A DNA stretch of 64,000 nt from Candidatus Aenigmatarchaeota archaeon (GTDB taxonomy: Archaea; Aenigmatarchaeota; Aenigmatarchaeia; PWEA01): positions 1-64,000 of the forward strand of contig JBKHHD010000001.1 in the NCBI GenBank assembly GCA_046539325.1, read 5' to 3'. The notes under the pieces were generated by a model. That model was not told the DNA's origin, made no database searches, and saw only the letters and a list, made by a program, of their open reading frames with translations. Positions 9,646 through 18,971 of this stretch are shown here, piece by piece. The position numbers and the translations under genes are program-made. Within the stretch, counting starts at the first letter, position 1. Each line of letters opens with the position of its first letter.

Positions 9646-10500
9646 TCAACAACCCTTATCCCAGATGTAAGGGTTTCGTCTAAGTAATTTATAACTTATC
9701 CAAGCGTTCGATCTTGCAGATAGCTCCAAAAGCATCGAAAGTAAAATATATGGATGAGGCCCATTTTCTTTTAGGTATTCCAAGACAGATTTCATAAGGG
9801 TTCCAGTTCTCATAGAAGACGGCGAGTAATTTGTCCTGTTTTCAAGATCTAAATGACCGATGAAGATTCTCCACCTTTGATCGAATAGTCTTGCTACATT
9901 TTCCGGGCCTCTGTTATAAATCACAGCCTTCTCTGAGTACCTTGATTCATATCCTTTGTCCAGTATCTTAGACTTTATGAACTCCTCATCTGCTGCCGTA
10001 TTTTCAGGAAGTGTCTCTATCACGTTTTCAAAGGCTATTATCTCACCGGCCTTTGGGTCTTTCTTTGAGACATAATGATGAAGATTCCAGATCAGATTGT
10101 TGAAGTAGCCTCGAAACGAGTCCGAGCTGTCCATCGAGACAGGGTGTGCCGTGATTATGCCTACTTTGTCTTCCTCAAGCCCTTTAAGAAGTTCCCTCAA
10201 GGTGTTCTCCTGTAGAAGGATATCAGCACTGGACAAAACAACTCTTTCACTTTCTACTGCTCCAAGTGCGGTATTTATCGCAGCGGCTTTCCCTTGGCGT
10301 TCTTCCTCCTCAATGATCCTTACCGGAAGTTCCGTCTCCTCTGAAAAGTCCTTCACAGGCTCCACGTTCCCACATACCACCACAAAGATTTCCTCCGGTT
10401 CGTACTCCCCAAGTTTGCTTTCCTCTACTGTCTCCAGCAGTCGAACCGGTCTTCTTTCTTCCTTGTATGCAGGTATTATCATCGAAAAGTTTTTCGCCAT
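9646..10500 (-). CDS. Family 2 glycosyltransferase
   Basis: IIPAYKEE, GKAAAIN, SAD (DxD-like), ADE and QRWRIF (QxxRW-like). Confidence 0.9.
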   Translation of the reverse strand: MAKNFSMIIPAYKEERRPVRLLETVEESKLGEYEPEEIFVVVCGNVEPVKDFSEETELPVRIIEEEERQGKAAAINTALGAVESERVVLSSADILLQENTLRELLKGLEEDKVGIITAHPVSMDSSDSFRGYFNNLIWNLHHYVSKKDPKAGEIIAFENVIETLPENTAADEEFIKSKILDKGYESRYSEKAVIYNRGPENVARLFDQRWRIFIGHLDLENRTNYSPSSMRTGTLMKSVLEYLKENGPHPYILLSMLLELSARSNAWISYKLLRRNPYIWDKGC

Positions 10501-11981
10501 TTATCTTTCACCTTTTTAAGAAGGAAGTGGACGATTTCTCTTTCTTCCTCTTCAAGTAGCTCCAGCCATACAAGAAGGTAGAGGTAGGCACCCGCATACG
10601 CAAGGCTGGAGGCTGCGAGGGTAAAAATATTCATAGTTACGAACTCTTCAAGAAGTACCAACGGCAAAGAAAGTATTATAGCAACTGAAGCCGGCTTTAG
10701 TATTTCTTTCGTGAGCGGCCAGGATATGTCCTTTTTTACTTTGTAAACAGAGAAGGACCATCCCACGAGGTAGGATACGACGAGGGCTACCGCGGCCCCG
10801 GTGAACCCATAGACGGGTATCAGGAAGATGTTGAGGGCAACATTCAAGGAGGTTATAATAGCGAAGGTCATCATGTAGATCTTCGTCTCACCTATGGATA
10901 TGAGCATCTGCCCACTTGGATTTCCCAGGGAAGTTACGAAGTAAGCAATAACAAGTGCAAAAAGTGCAGCTCCACCACTTGCGAACTCCTGACCAAAGAG
11001 GAGTGTTATGATAGATCCAGAAAAAAGCAACATAAATACAAGTATAGGTAGGTTCAAGAGTGTGGTCCATCTTACTACGGTCTTGTAAAGGTTTTTGAGT
11101 TTGTCTTTTCTTCCGTTAGAATAGAGTTCGGACGCCTTCGGCATGAGTAGATATGCGAAGGACGAATAGACGAAGATTAGGACTGAAGCAGTAGGATACG
11201 CTGCGTTGTAGATACCGATCTCCTTTGACGTTTGGAAGTAGCTTATCATAAATGTATCTATCCATCCCAGGATAAGAAGGAGGATAGAGCTTATCATCAA
11301 CGGCCAGGAGAAGGCCACTAACTTTTTCGAGCTGAATTCCCCAGCTTTTATCTTGAACCAAGGAAGAATCTTTCTGAGGAAGTAGAAGGAGGAAGCAGCC
11401 GCGAAAGCCATCGTTAGTACGTGAAACCCTGCAACGAACTCTATCGAGAGGCCGAGAACTACAGCCGTTGTCACAAGAGCTACCTTGATCAGTGGCCATA
11501 TTACATCATAGGAGTATACCTTGTACTTGCTGTTCTGCATGCCCCTTATTGCAGCAACGAAAATATCCAATATTATCATCAGTGGAACTCCGATAGCAAA
11601 TATTCTGACTATCGAGGGAAGTTGGGGTTCATTTAATAGAAGGGAAAGTTCTTCAGGGAATATAAGAAGTAAGAAGGTAGCTGCGATGCTTAAGGGGAGG
11701 GAGATTTTGAACGCGGATATAGTTATTCCCTTTATCTTGTTTTTGTCATCTATGAATCTTGATGTCCACCTGGATGTCCCTTGCCTCAAACCTAGATGAG
11801 AAACTGCTGTCGCGAATCCCAATACAGCCAGACCAAGTGATATAAGACCGTAGTCCTCTGGGCCGTAAAACCTTCCTATAAGAACACGGGATATGTAGTT
11901 GAACACCGAGCCAAAGACTATACCGGAAAATATTATTAGAGCACTGCGGCTCATCTCTTGGAATACATCTTTGTCAGTCAT
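10479..11981 (-). CDS. Wzx/MOP-family oligosaccharide flippase
   Basis: About 14 TM segments; GPEDYG, IDTFMIS...IGIYNAA, LNIFLIPVYGFTGAA. Confidence 0.92.
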   Translation of the reverse strand: MTDKDVFQEMSRSALIIFSGIVFGSVFNYISRVLIGRFYGPEDYGLISLGLAVLGFATAVSHLGLRQGTSRWTSRFIDDKNKIKGITISAFKISLPLSIAATFLLLIFPEELSLLLNEPQLPSIVRIFAIGVPLMIILDIFVAAIRGMQNSKYKVYSYDVIWPLIKVALVTTAVVLGLSIEFVAGFHVLTMAFAAASSFYFLRKILPWFKIKAGEFSSKKLVAFSWPLMISSILLLILGWIDTFMISYFQTSKEIGIYNAAYPTASVLIFVYSSFAYLLMPKASELYSNGRKDKLKNLYKTVVRWTTLLNLPILVFMLLFSGSIITLLFGQEFASGGAALFALVIAYFVTSLGNPSGQMLISIGETKIYMMTFAIITSLNVALNIFLIPVYGFTGAAVALVVSYLVGWSFSVYKVKKDISWPLTKEILKPASVAIILSLPLVLLEEFVTMNIFTLAASSLAYAGAYLYLLVWLELLEEEEREIVHFLLKKVKDKWRKTFR

Positions 11982-12088
11982 TCAAGACTCCACATAAAGC
12001 ATTATTTCTTTTTCGTTTTAAAGTTGCTGAGTTGGTAATCCTTCTTTAATTGAATATTAGAGATAGGTTGAGAAGAAAACACAAGAAA

Positions 12089-12826
12089 CTATAAGAATTG
12101 GATGAGGTAAATTAGACCACACGCGATACCGAATGTTTTGAACCTCTTTCTGTAGACTTCGTCTATTTCTGTAAACGAAGCATAAAGGAAATAAGCAGAA
12201 TATAAGGATGTTGATAAAAATACAAGGAACTGATTGTGTATAAATAAAATAGATGTTAAAATAACTAGAACAAGAACGGCTCTTAGAAACCAGACTGAAT
12301 AACTTCCTAAACGAACAGCAGTTGTTAGTTTGCTGTTTTTCTTATCACTTGCTCTGTGAGCTATTTCGTGTATTAGCTGTGCTGCAGTGTTTAGAAGAAA
12401 TATTAAAAGTAGGAAATAACGAAAGTTGTAAATCTGCACTACAGATGTGAATGGTAAAAGAAGAATAAGAAGGAATGCAAGGGAATTGGAGAGAGTAGAC
12501 AATCCAGGCTTTCCCTCTAAGTATGTTCTTGGCCAACTGTACAATGTAAATATCAGGATGAAAGCAAGGGATACTGTGACCTGTAACGGTTCCAAAAAAG
12601 GCAAAAGAAGTAGGCTACAGATAAGCGGCAATAGAAACCACTTCCTTGCAAATTCTCCTTCATAGTAGTCGTTTAGAGAGTAAGCATAGGACAGCAAGAA
12701 CGAAGCCTGCAGAAATAATAACAAAGAAAGGTTCCCTGTAAAAACCGAACCCAGCACTACAAATCCGAGATAGTGTATCCAATCTTTCATTCTATATACT
12801 CTAAGAAATCTTTCTAAAAAGCCCAT
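12089..12826 (-). CDS. UbiA-family prenyltransferase
   Basis: Polytopic; R..DW, YSLNDYYE first Asp motif, and HEIAHRASDKKNSKLTTAVRLG as a variant second motif. Confidence 0.8.
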   Translation of the reverse strand: MGFLERFLRVYRMKDWIHYLGFVVLGSVFTGNLSLLLFLQASFLLSYAYSLNDYYEGEFARKWFLLPLICSLLLLPFLEPLQVTVSLAFILIFTLYSWPRTYLEGKPGLSTLSNSLAFLLILLLPFTSVVQIYNFRYFLLLIFLLNTAAQLIHEIAHRASDKKNSKLTTAVRLGSYSVWFLRAVLVLVILTSILFIHNQFLVFLSTSLYSAYFLYASFTEIDEVYRKRFKTFGIACGLIYLIQFL

Positions 12827-13005
12827 ATCTTTGTTCTATTGTCTCAATAATTATAATTGTCCATTAGAATCATGTTGAAATAATATTAATAAATACCGGT
12901 ATTACTATCGTTATGGTGCCCTTCTTTGGTAATCTTTAAAGCCTGAAGAGGAAGGGGCTTAATTCAGCTATGTTTAACCTTACTATATGCTTAAGAAAAT
13001 CAGAT

Positions 13006-13230
13006 TTATCCATACTCACTGAATACAAGTGCTATAAGAGAGAGATATAAAATTCCTGATCCAATAATAACCATCCTACTTCCCACATAAGAGTGAATCC
13101 CGGCTCCCATAAAAAAAATTCCAAATGAGATTAAAGTGACTCCAAAAACAATCAAGGCTGTTAAGACGGACTCTCTGTCAGAAAGTAATTCAAAAAAATG
13201 CTCTGAATTCATATATACTTCTACCTTCAA
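13006..13230 (-). CDS. Small two-TM membrane protein
   Basis: Two hydrophobic helices. Confidence 0.55.
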   Translation of the reverse strand: MKVEVYMNSEHFFELLSDRESVLTALIVFGVTLISFGIFFMGAGIHSYVGSRMVIIGSGILYLSLIALVFSEYG

Positions 13231-13372
13231 CTATTGGTCCAATATATTTAAGAATTGTATATACCATGCCAATAGTAAAAGTAAAAGCTGCATTAACGGC
13301 CTGAAGAAAGACATATTAACTCAAGATTTTTGAAATTATTATAAACTTAAAAATTCAGGAAACTTCAAATCC

Positions 13373-14005
13373 TCAAAGCTCACATGTGTAAATTTCCGAT
13401 ATAGTCCAGCTGCAGTCCCAGTCCAATAGCTCGCAGTAGTCGTCTCCAACACCAATCTCTTCAAGAACTGTGTTCTCCTGTGGCTCTATAAAGACCTCAC
13501 CTTCCGTGGTCTCGGCTTTCAGAAGCATATGTCCCACTTTCCTCTCTTCGAAGTACAGAAGGACAGGACAGGAAAATATCCCTTCGTCGCGAAACTCTTC
13601 AAAAAGATCGAAGCTGAACTGTATGCAGTCGTAGGCGTCAGTCCATTCGTTCTCATGTATACCTGTTGCATCGGCAGTGGAAACAAGTTCCTCGGGTGTA
13701 GGCTTATAGAGTCTCGTGGAGTTATCGAACTTTTGTTTCAGTTCTTGATTCTCTTTCTGCAAATCCTTGTTTTCTCGAAGAGCCTCTTCGTAACTGTCTT
13801 CCAGCTCACTGTATTCTGTCTCCATCTGTCCAAGGTCAGTTCTATAATCCTCCGCTGCCTGGTTTGTCCGTTCTAGATCCCTTCCAAGCCTTCTGTTGTT
13901 GAACAGTAGAAATGCCGCAGACACGAGAAGAACAACAATTATCGCAAGATATAGCTTATTTTCTACTCCCTGATTATTACCTTCATGGTAACCGTACTTT
14001 CCCAT
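13373..14005 (-). CDS. Membrane-anchored coiled-coil protein with a C-terminal transglutaminase/papain-like cysteine peptidase domain
   Basis: N-terminal TM, heptad stalk, then YDCIQFS...GHMLL...FIEPQ (Cys-His-acid arrangement). Confidence 0.65.
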   Translation of the reverse strand: MGKYGYHEGNNQGVENKLYLAIIVVLLVSAAFLLFNNRRLGRDLERTNQAAEDYRTDLGQMETEYSELEDSYEEALRENKDLQKENQELKQKFDNSTRLYKPTPEELVSTADATGIHENEWTDAYDCIQFSFDLFEEFRDEGIFSCPVLLYFEERKVGHMLLKAETTEGEVFIEPQENTVLEEIGVGDDYCELLDWDCSWTISEIYTCEL

Positions 14006-14146
14006 CTCTATCCTGTATTCTAAATCTTGAGGAAGGCTTATTAATCTTATCTTTCCGAGTTCCTAAATAACTTTTAAGTCTTCGAAATGAGTAAATAATA
14101 TAAGCCTACTTACTAAAGATAAAAGACTCAATGGAGGTGGGAAAAT

Positions 14147-14413
14147 ATGCCAGAATCTGGAGCTCCATACAAGCGTGGATACACACAGACCAAATCAAAG
14201 GGTTCAAGACAGAATGTCCGCTGCAGTTTCTGCGGCAGGAGAGTCCCGCGTTTTAAAGCGTTTAAGACCAAGTCGGGTATGACGATAACCGATCCCGAGG
14301 TCAGAGAACAGGTCGACGACAAGGACATGCATTTACCTGAAAAAACGCAATGGGCCTGTCCTAAGTGTGCGCGCTTCCGTGGTATAGTGGAGCCTAGGAA
14401 AGGTCAGGGGTGA
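14147..14413 (+). CDS. rps26e: 30S ribosomal protein eS26
   Basis: VRCSFCGRRVPRFKA...WACPKCARFRGIVEPR zinc-binding pattern; GGAGGTG SD upstream. Confidence 0.88.
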   Translation: MPESGAPYKRGYTQTKSKGSRQNVRCSFCGRRVPRFKAFKTKSGMTITDPEVREQVDDKDMHLPEKTQWACPKCARFRGIVEPRKGQG

Positions 14414-16197
14414 TTTCTATAGGTCTAAGGGAGAAGTTATCAACAATCAGGAGGAAATTGAAACCACATAGGGGAATGCTCCGTGAAAAACTCAAGGCAC
14501 GGGGCTCAGAACCTCTTGAAGAAAAGATTGGCAGTTTCACTGTAAGGGAACCTAAACATCTCCTTGTCATTCCTGAGTTCGATGATATAGAGGAGGTGGA
14601 CATCCAATATCCTCTGCTCCAGTCCTTCGCATATGCAAACATTCGTTGGAGCGATCTTCAGAACGAACTTATATACAGAGTTGTAGAGCCTGAGTTGACA
14701 GAGAGGGAGGAAGAGATTTACGAGGAACTCACGGAATCCCTCGTCGAACTCGTAGACGTCAAGCTCTCCACAGTAAAAACAGATAGCCAGGCAACGGATT
14801 ACCTCGAAAAGAAGATAAAACAGATAGTCAAAGAGCTTGATATAGAACTGTCAAAATCCCAGTTCTCTAAAATAATGTACTACATCTACAGAAACTTTGT
14901 AGGTCTTAATAAAATAGAGCCACTTATGCACGATCCCTATATAGAAGATATAGGATGTGACGGTATAGGCACGCCCTTGTATATGATACACAAAAAGTTC
15001 GGGTCAATGCAGACAAACATCGTGTACGAGGAAGAGGATGAACTCAAGGAGTTCATAGTTAAACTGGCCGAGAGGTGTGGAAGATATGTCTCGTACGCCG
15101 AACCTTTGCTGGACGGAAGCCTTCCGGATGGCTCCAGAGTACAGGCGACATATTCTGAGGACGTTTCCACGAAAGGACCCAACTTCTCTATAAGGAAGTT
15201 CACCGAGGAACCGTTTTCACCGACGGAATTAATAGATCTGGGGACTGCAAATGCCGAGCTCCTCGCGTACCTTTGGCTCTGTATAGAGAACGGTGTATCA
15301 CTTCTCATATGTGGAGGTGTTGCATCGGGTAAAACATCCTTCCTTAACGCTATATCGCTCTTCATACCGGAGCAGGACAAAATTGTGTCCATCGAGGACA
15401 CTAGAGAACTAAATTTACCACACGAAAACTGGATACCTTCACAGATACGTTCGGGGTTCGGGATGTCTTCCGAGGATGAAGAGAACTACGGCGAGGTGGA
15501 CATGTACGATCTCCTCAGGGCATCATTCAGACAAAACCCCGACTATGTCATAGTCGGTGAAGTTAGGGGTGATGAGGCATATGTAATGTTCCAGGGAATG
15601 AGTTCAGGGCATCCAGCAATTTCAACAATGCACGCCGGAGGAGTGGACACTGTTATAAAAAGGCTTCAGTCTCCTCCTATAGAACTCCCACCAACCCTCG
15701 TAGAAACACTTGACCTCGTTGTTAATATGATACACGCGAAGGGCGTAAGTGAATCTGCTAGAAGGGCAAAGAGCCTTGTGGAGATAACCAGCGTGGACAA
15801 AGACACAGGAGAGCCCAATGAGAACGAAGTGTTTTCATGGGCACCCAGTGAAGATAGGTTTGACTTCAGAGATCAAGCAGACTACGTTCTTACGAAGATA
15901 GCCAGAGAGAAAGGACTTGAGATAGATGATATAAGAAAAGAGATAAAGACCAGAGAGGCTCTCCTGAAATGGATGTACGAGAACGGTGTCATGGACTGGA
16001 AGGATGTTGCCAGGACTATATCGGAATATTTGAGAAGCCCTGAAGAAACCCTTGATGAGCGGGGCATAGATAGGGATGTTTATGTGAGCCCACCCTCATC
16101 ACTTAAATCCGAGACGGTTGTCACAAGAGAACCAGGTGGACTTGACGAGGAGAATAAATCCAGTGGAAAGGAAGACGGAGAAAGTTCAAGTGAATAA
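14410..16197 (+). CDS. Type IV pilus/type II secretion assembly ATPase (FlaI/TadA/VirB11 family)
   Basis: Walker A GGVASGKTS, SIEDTREL, RQNPDYVIVGEVRG, GH...STMHA. Confidence 0.96.
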   Translation: MISIGLREKLSTIRRKLKPHRGMLREKLKARGSEPLEEKIGSFTVREPKHLLVIPEFDDIEEVDIQYPLLQSFAYANIRWSDLQNELIYRVVEPELTEREEEIYEELTESLVELVDVKLSTVKTDSQATDYLEKKIKQIVKELDIELSKSQFSKIMYYIYRNFVGLNKIEPLMHDPYIEDIGCDGIGTPLYMIHKKFGSMQTNIVYEEEDELKEFIVKLAERCGRYVSYAEPLLDGSLPDGSRVQATYSEDVSTKGPNFSIRKFTEEPFSPTELIDLGTANAELLAYLWLCIENGVSLLICGGVASGKTSFLNAISLFIPEQDKIVSIEDTRELNLPHENWIPSQIRSGFGMSSEDEENYGEVDMYDLLRASFRQNPDYVIVGEVRGDEAYVMFQGMSSGHPAISTMHAGGVDTVIKRLQSPPIELPPTLVETLDLVVNMIHAKGVSESARRAKSLVEITSVDKDTGEPNENEVFSWAPSEDRFDFRDQADYVLTKIAREKGLEIDDIRKEIKTREALLKWMYENGVMDWKDVARTISEYLRSPEETLDERGIDRDVYVSPPSSLKSETVVTREPGGLDEENKSSGKEDGESSSE

Positions 16198-16237
16198 GTT
16201 CGTAAGGTTTCGTACGAACTCGCATTATATTTATAAA
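16197..16237 (+). promoter_or_regulatory. 8-bp inverted repeat followed by a TATA box upstream of the first pilin
   Basis: AGTTCGTA(16197-16204)-N8-TACGAACT(16213-16220), then TTTATAAA(16230-16237), 30 nt before ATG 16268. Confidence 0.5.
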
Positions 16238-16267
16238 GTGCAAACGTAAAACTTCTTACTGATAGTC

Positions 16268-16792
16268 ATGAAGAAAGGTATTTCACCGCTTATCGCTGCT
16301 GTGATTCTAATAGCTTTCGTTGTCGCAGTTGCCAGTATTGTAGCTACTTTCTTTACAGATGTAGCAGGTGAATGGGGCGAAGACATAGAAGGAGCTGCCC
16401 CTGTTGAGTGTGCAATGATGACCACGGAGATAACTGATTTCAGTGCCGAGCACAACGGAACGGACGGCAACAACAACGCATCCCTCTCCTTCAGAAGCAT
16501 GGGTTCAGCCATGAACGGAGTGGTTATCAATATCTACAGCGACGAGGTCTACGCCAACTCTACGGAGTGGGACGAAGAGGAAGAAGAAGGCGACGGACCA
16601 TTCAGCGATGGGCCGATTGAAGAGGGCAGAACTGTCACGGTCGATCTCGTAGAACAAGGAATACTAAGTTCCGAAGAAGTTACAACTCTATCACAGGATG
16701 AAGAAGTTGAAATTGTTTCCCTCGACTGCACAGGAGTTTCAACCAGATATACGATCGATGAAGATGACATAACCAACATCACTCAGTCTTAG
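16268..16792 (+). CDS. Archaeal type IV pilin (major-type)
   Basis: Class III signal peptide KKG/ISPLIAAVILIAFVVAVA. Confidence 0.92.
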   Translation: MKKGISPLIAAVILIAFVVAVASIVATFFTDVAGEWGEDIEGAAPVECAMMTTEITDFSAEHNGTDGNNNASLSFRSMGSAMNGVVINIYSDEVYANSTEWDEEEEEGDGPFSDGPIEEGRTVTVDLVEQGILSSEEVTTLSQDEEVEIVSLDCTGVSTRYTIDEDDITNITQS

Positions 16793-16822
16793 GCAGTGAA
16801 GCCTTGATAGGTAGGATGAAAG

Positions 16823-17293
16823 ATGGAAGACAAAGGTGTATCTCCACTAATAGCTGCAGTTATACTAGTAGCTATAGTTATGACTGTAGCCGTTCTCGTA
16901 AGCGGATTTCTGAACGACTTTGTCGGTGAAAGGGAGCGTGGGGCTAGAGAAGATGCCCAGAAAACTCTGGACTGCACAGCTATATACCTAGAAATAAACA
17001 CTGACTCTATATCCGAAAACGAAGACGGCGATCTGACTTTCTTCCTGAGCAACAGAAACGAGTTCCCTATCTACGGTATAAGGGTAGTTACCTACACAGA
17101 ACAAGAGGTCGAGACGGACACCTCACCCGAACCCGAAAACCTGGATTCCTTAGTCACTAAGGAAATACTAGTCAACGAAACCGTAGACAGTCTCCAAAAC
17201 ATCGAAAGAATAGACGTACGTAACAGCCACTGTCCAAATTTCGAAGCGACGGTTGCTAGAGACTGGCAGGGCGAATGGATCGAGGAGTATTAA
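16823..17293 (+). CDS. Archaeal type IV pilin
   Basis: DKG/VSPLIAAVILVAIVM. Confidence 0.92.
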   Translation: MEDKGVSPLIAAVILVAIVMTVAVLVSGFLNDFVGERERGAREDAQKTLDCTAIYLEINTDSISENEDGDLTFFLSNRNEFPIYGIRVVTYTEQEVETDTSPEPENLDSLVTKEILVNETVDSLQNIERIDVRNSHCPNFEATVARDWQGEWIEEY

Positions 17294-17300
17294 GCTTCAT

Positions 17301-18458
17301 TTAAAGTAACCTTGTCTCTATATTAACTTTTCCATCCTGACCGCGATTCTTCACGAGTAAGTTGTGTCTGCCCTTGTTTAGCTCAGTTGAGTTGGTAAGA
17401 TCTACCTCTTTAAAGGGTAGTTTGATGTCCAGCCTTTCCTGACTGCCCAATGAACCACCCCTGTATATTACCTCTACTTTTTCTTCGGGTAAGGATCTTT
17501 CGTAAAGTCTTACATCATCTATATACCCTTCCCAGGGACCGTAGCTGTCCTTTATACTGTCTGGAACATAACCGATGGACTTATTCTTATCGTCTGTCTT
17601 TGGTGGAGTGTCGTGAGAAATGTTACCAGAAAGCTCACCGTCGATATATATCCTTGCTTCTTCGGATTCGACATCATAGACAAAGGCGGTATGATACCAC
17701 GTGTGGTTGTCTAACGTTTCATTACTTTTGATAGCAACATCGTTACTTTCCTCATCGTAGAAACCTCCCTTTATGTAGATTTCACCACCATCCTCCACGG
17801 CTGCAAGACCGTAGTTTTCCAGCGCACCAAATATAAAACTCCCTTCGTTCTCCAAGCTGCTGTAGATATCTTCGGGCCCAGCCCTCCAGTTTACCCATGC
17901 AGTAACTGTAAAGTCCTTCTTATCCAGAGAAGCATCATCAGGGACAACTACTTCATCATCCACGCCATCGAACTGTAAGACTTTCCCACGGCTTGTTTCT
18001 GTCCAGTTCGCTCCCTTTATTTTTCCATCGTTTTCATGGCGGCTGCAGTCCATAGTTTCATTTCCCTCGCCCTCCTTGAAGCGAGTATCAAGAACTCTTC
18101 CGCTTCCAAAGGTCCTGGTTAAAACGTTTCCATCCCAGTGGCATAGTTCCGGCGACAGGATACTGGTTTCTAATTGATGTGAAAAACTTATACTGTTTTC
18201 AGAGCCGTTGATACTATAGGCACCGTCTGTCACGTCCAGAGCTACGGTTCTCGAGGTCCCGTTAGCTCCGAACTCAATCTCTTCTAGCGTTTCCCGAAGG
18301 AGATTTATATTCCTCCTAGCTTCATCAAAGAGAGCGTTTTCCCTGCTCCTTTCAACTGCAGGCATGCCTACATCAAGCACGAGGCTTATTCCGGTCACGG
18401 ATATTATCAGTACAAGGACTGCCGATATTATAGGATTTATTCCTTTTTGTCCAAACAT
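17301..18458 (-). CDS. Pilin-like protein with an inserted LamG/concanavalin A-like domain (putative adhesin)
   Basis: QKG/INPIISAVLVL; LamG motifs LQFDGVDD, FTVTAWV, WYHTAFVYD, YIDG, GYIDDVRLYERSL. Confidence 0.88.
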   Translation of the reverse strand: MFGQKGINPIISAVLVLIISVTGISLVLDVGMPAVERSRENALFDEARRNINLLRETLEEIEFGANGTSRTVALDVTDGAYSINGSENSISFSHQLETSILSPELCHWDGNVLTRTFGSGRVLDTRFKEGEGNETMDCSRHENDGKIKGANWTETSRGKVLQFDGVDDEVVVPDDASLDKKDFTVTAWVNWRAGPEDIYSSLENEGSFIFGALENYGLAAVEDGGEIYIKGGFYDEESNDVAIKSNETLDNHTWYHTAFVYDVESEEARIYIDGELSGNISHDTPPKTDDKNKSIGYVPDSIKDSYGPWEGYIDDVRLYERSLPEEKVEVIYRGGSLGSQERLDIKLPFKEVDLTNSTELNKGRHNLLVKNRGQDGKVNIETRLL

Positions 18459-18468
18459 TATACCACCT

Positions 18469-18927
18469 TCAGATGCAGGACAGCTCCTCCTTGGTTATTT
18501 CCCGAGAGGCTGTAGTTGGACACGTCCCTGAGATAAATCTCCCTCCTTCGGCTTCAGGATGCTGGAAGGATGAGTTTACGAAAGTTCTGATATCATCGGC
18601 GCGAAGAATTTCATCGCTTCCGGAAAGATTATATTTGTAGTACTGCCCGCCTTCTACAACTTCTAGCCTGAAGTCGGTAAGGTCCTGGTAACCTGTGTTT
18701 CTGACCTCTATTCCGATTTCATACGTACCTCCGTTTTCCGAACACGAAACGTTTCTTAGATGTATCCCTGCTCTTGTACAGTCGATCTTTTCTATGCTTT
18801 CTTCGGTGCTCTTATCGGTCTGTTCCTCCACGAAGTCAAGTATATCCGGGGCAACCATTGCAGTCACGGCTACCACTATCGCAACAAGAACCAGCGCTCC
18901 TACAAGTGGTGAGAGGCCTTTTCTCAT
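18469..18927 (-). CDS. Archaeal type IV pilin
   Basis: Start moved to ATG 18927: MRKG/LSPLVGALVLVAIVVAV. Confidence 0.88.
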   Translation of the reverse strand: MRKGLSPLVGALVLVAIVVAVTAMVAPDILDFVEEQTDKSTEESIEKIDCTRAGIHLRNVSCSENGGTYEIGIEVRNTGYQDLTDFRLEVVEGGQYYKYNLSGSDEILRADDIRTFVNSSFQHPEAEGGRFISGTCPTTASREITKEELSCI

Positions 18928-18971
18928 ACTATTCCTTTGTTGTTTTATACTTAAAACAAGCCGAAATGGTT

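Noticed and set aside
12917-12958. GC-richer imperfect hairpin (GCCCTTC...GAAGGGGC) in an AT-rich gap, considered as SECIS, riboswitch or sRNA
   Set aside because: Does not match a consensus I can recognise, no in-frame UGA gene is nearby, and a single imperfect stem is weak evidence.
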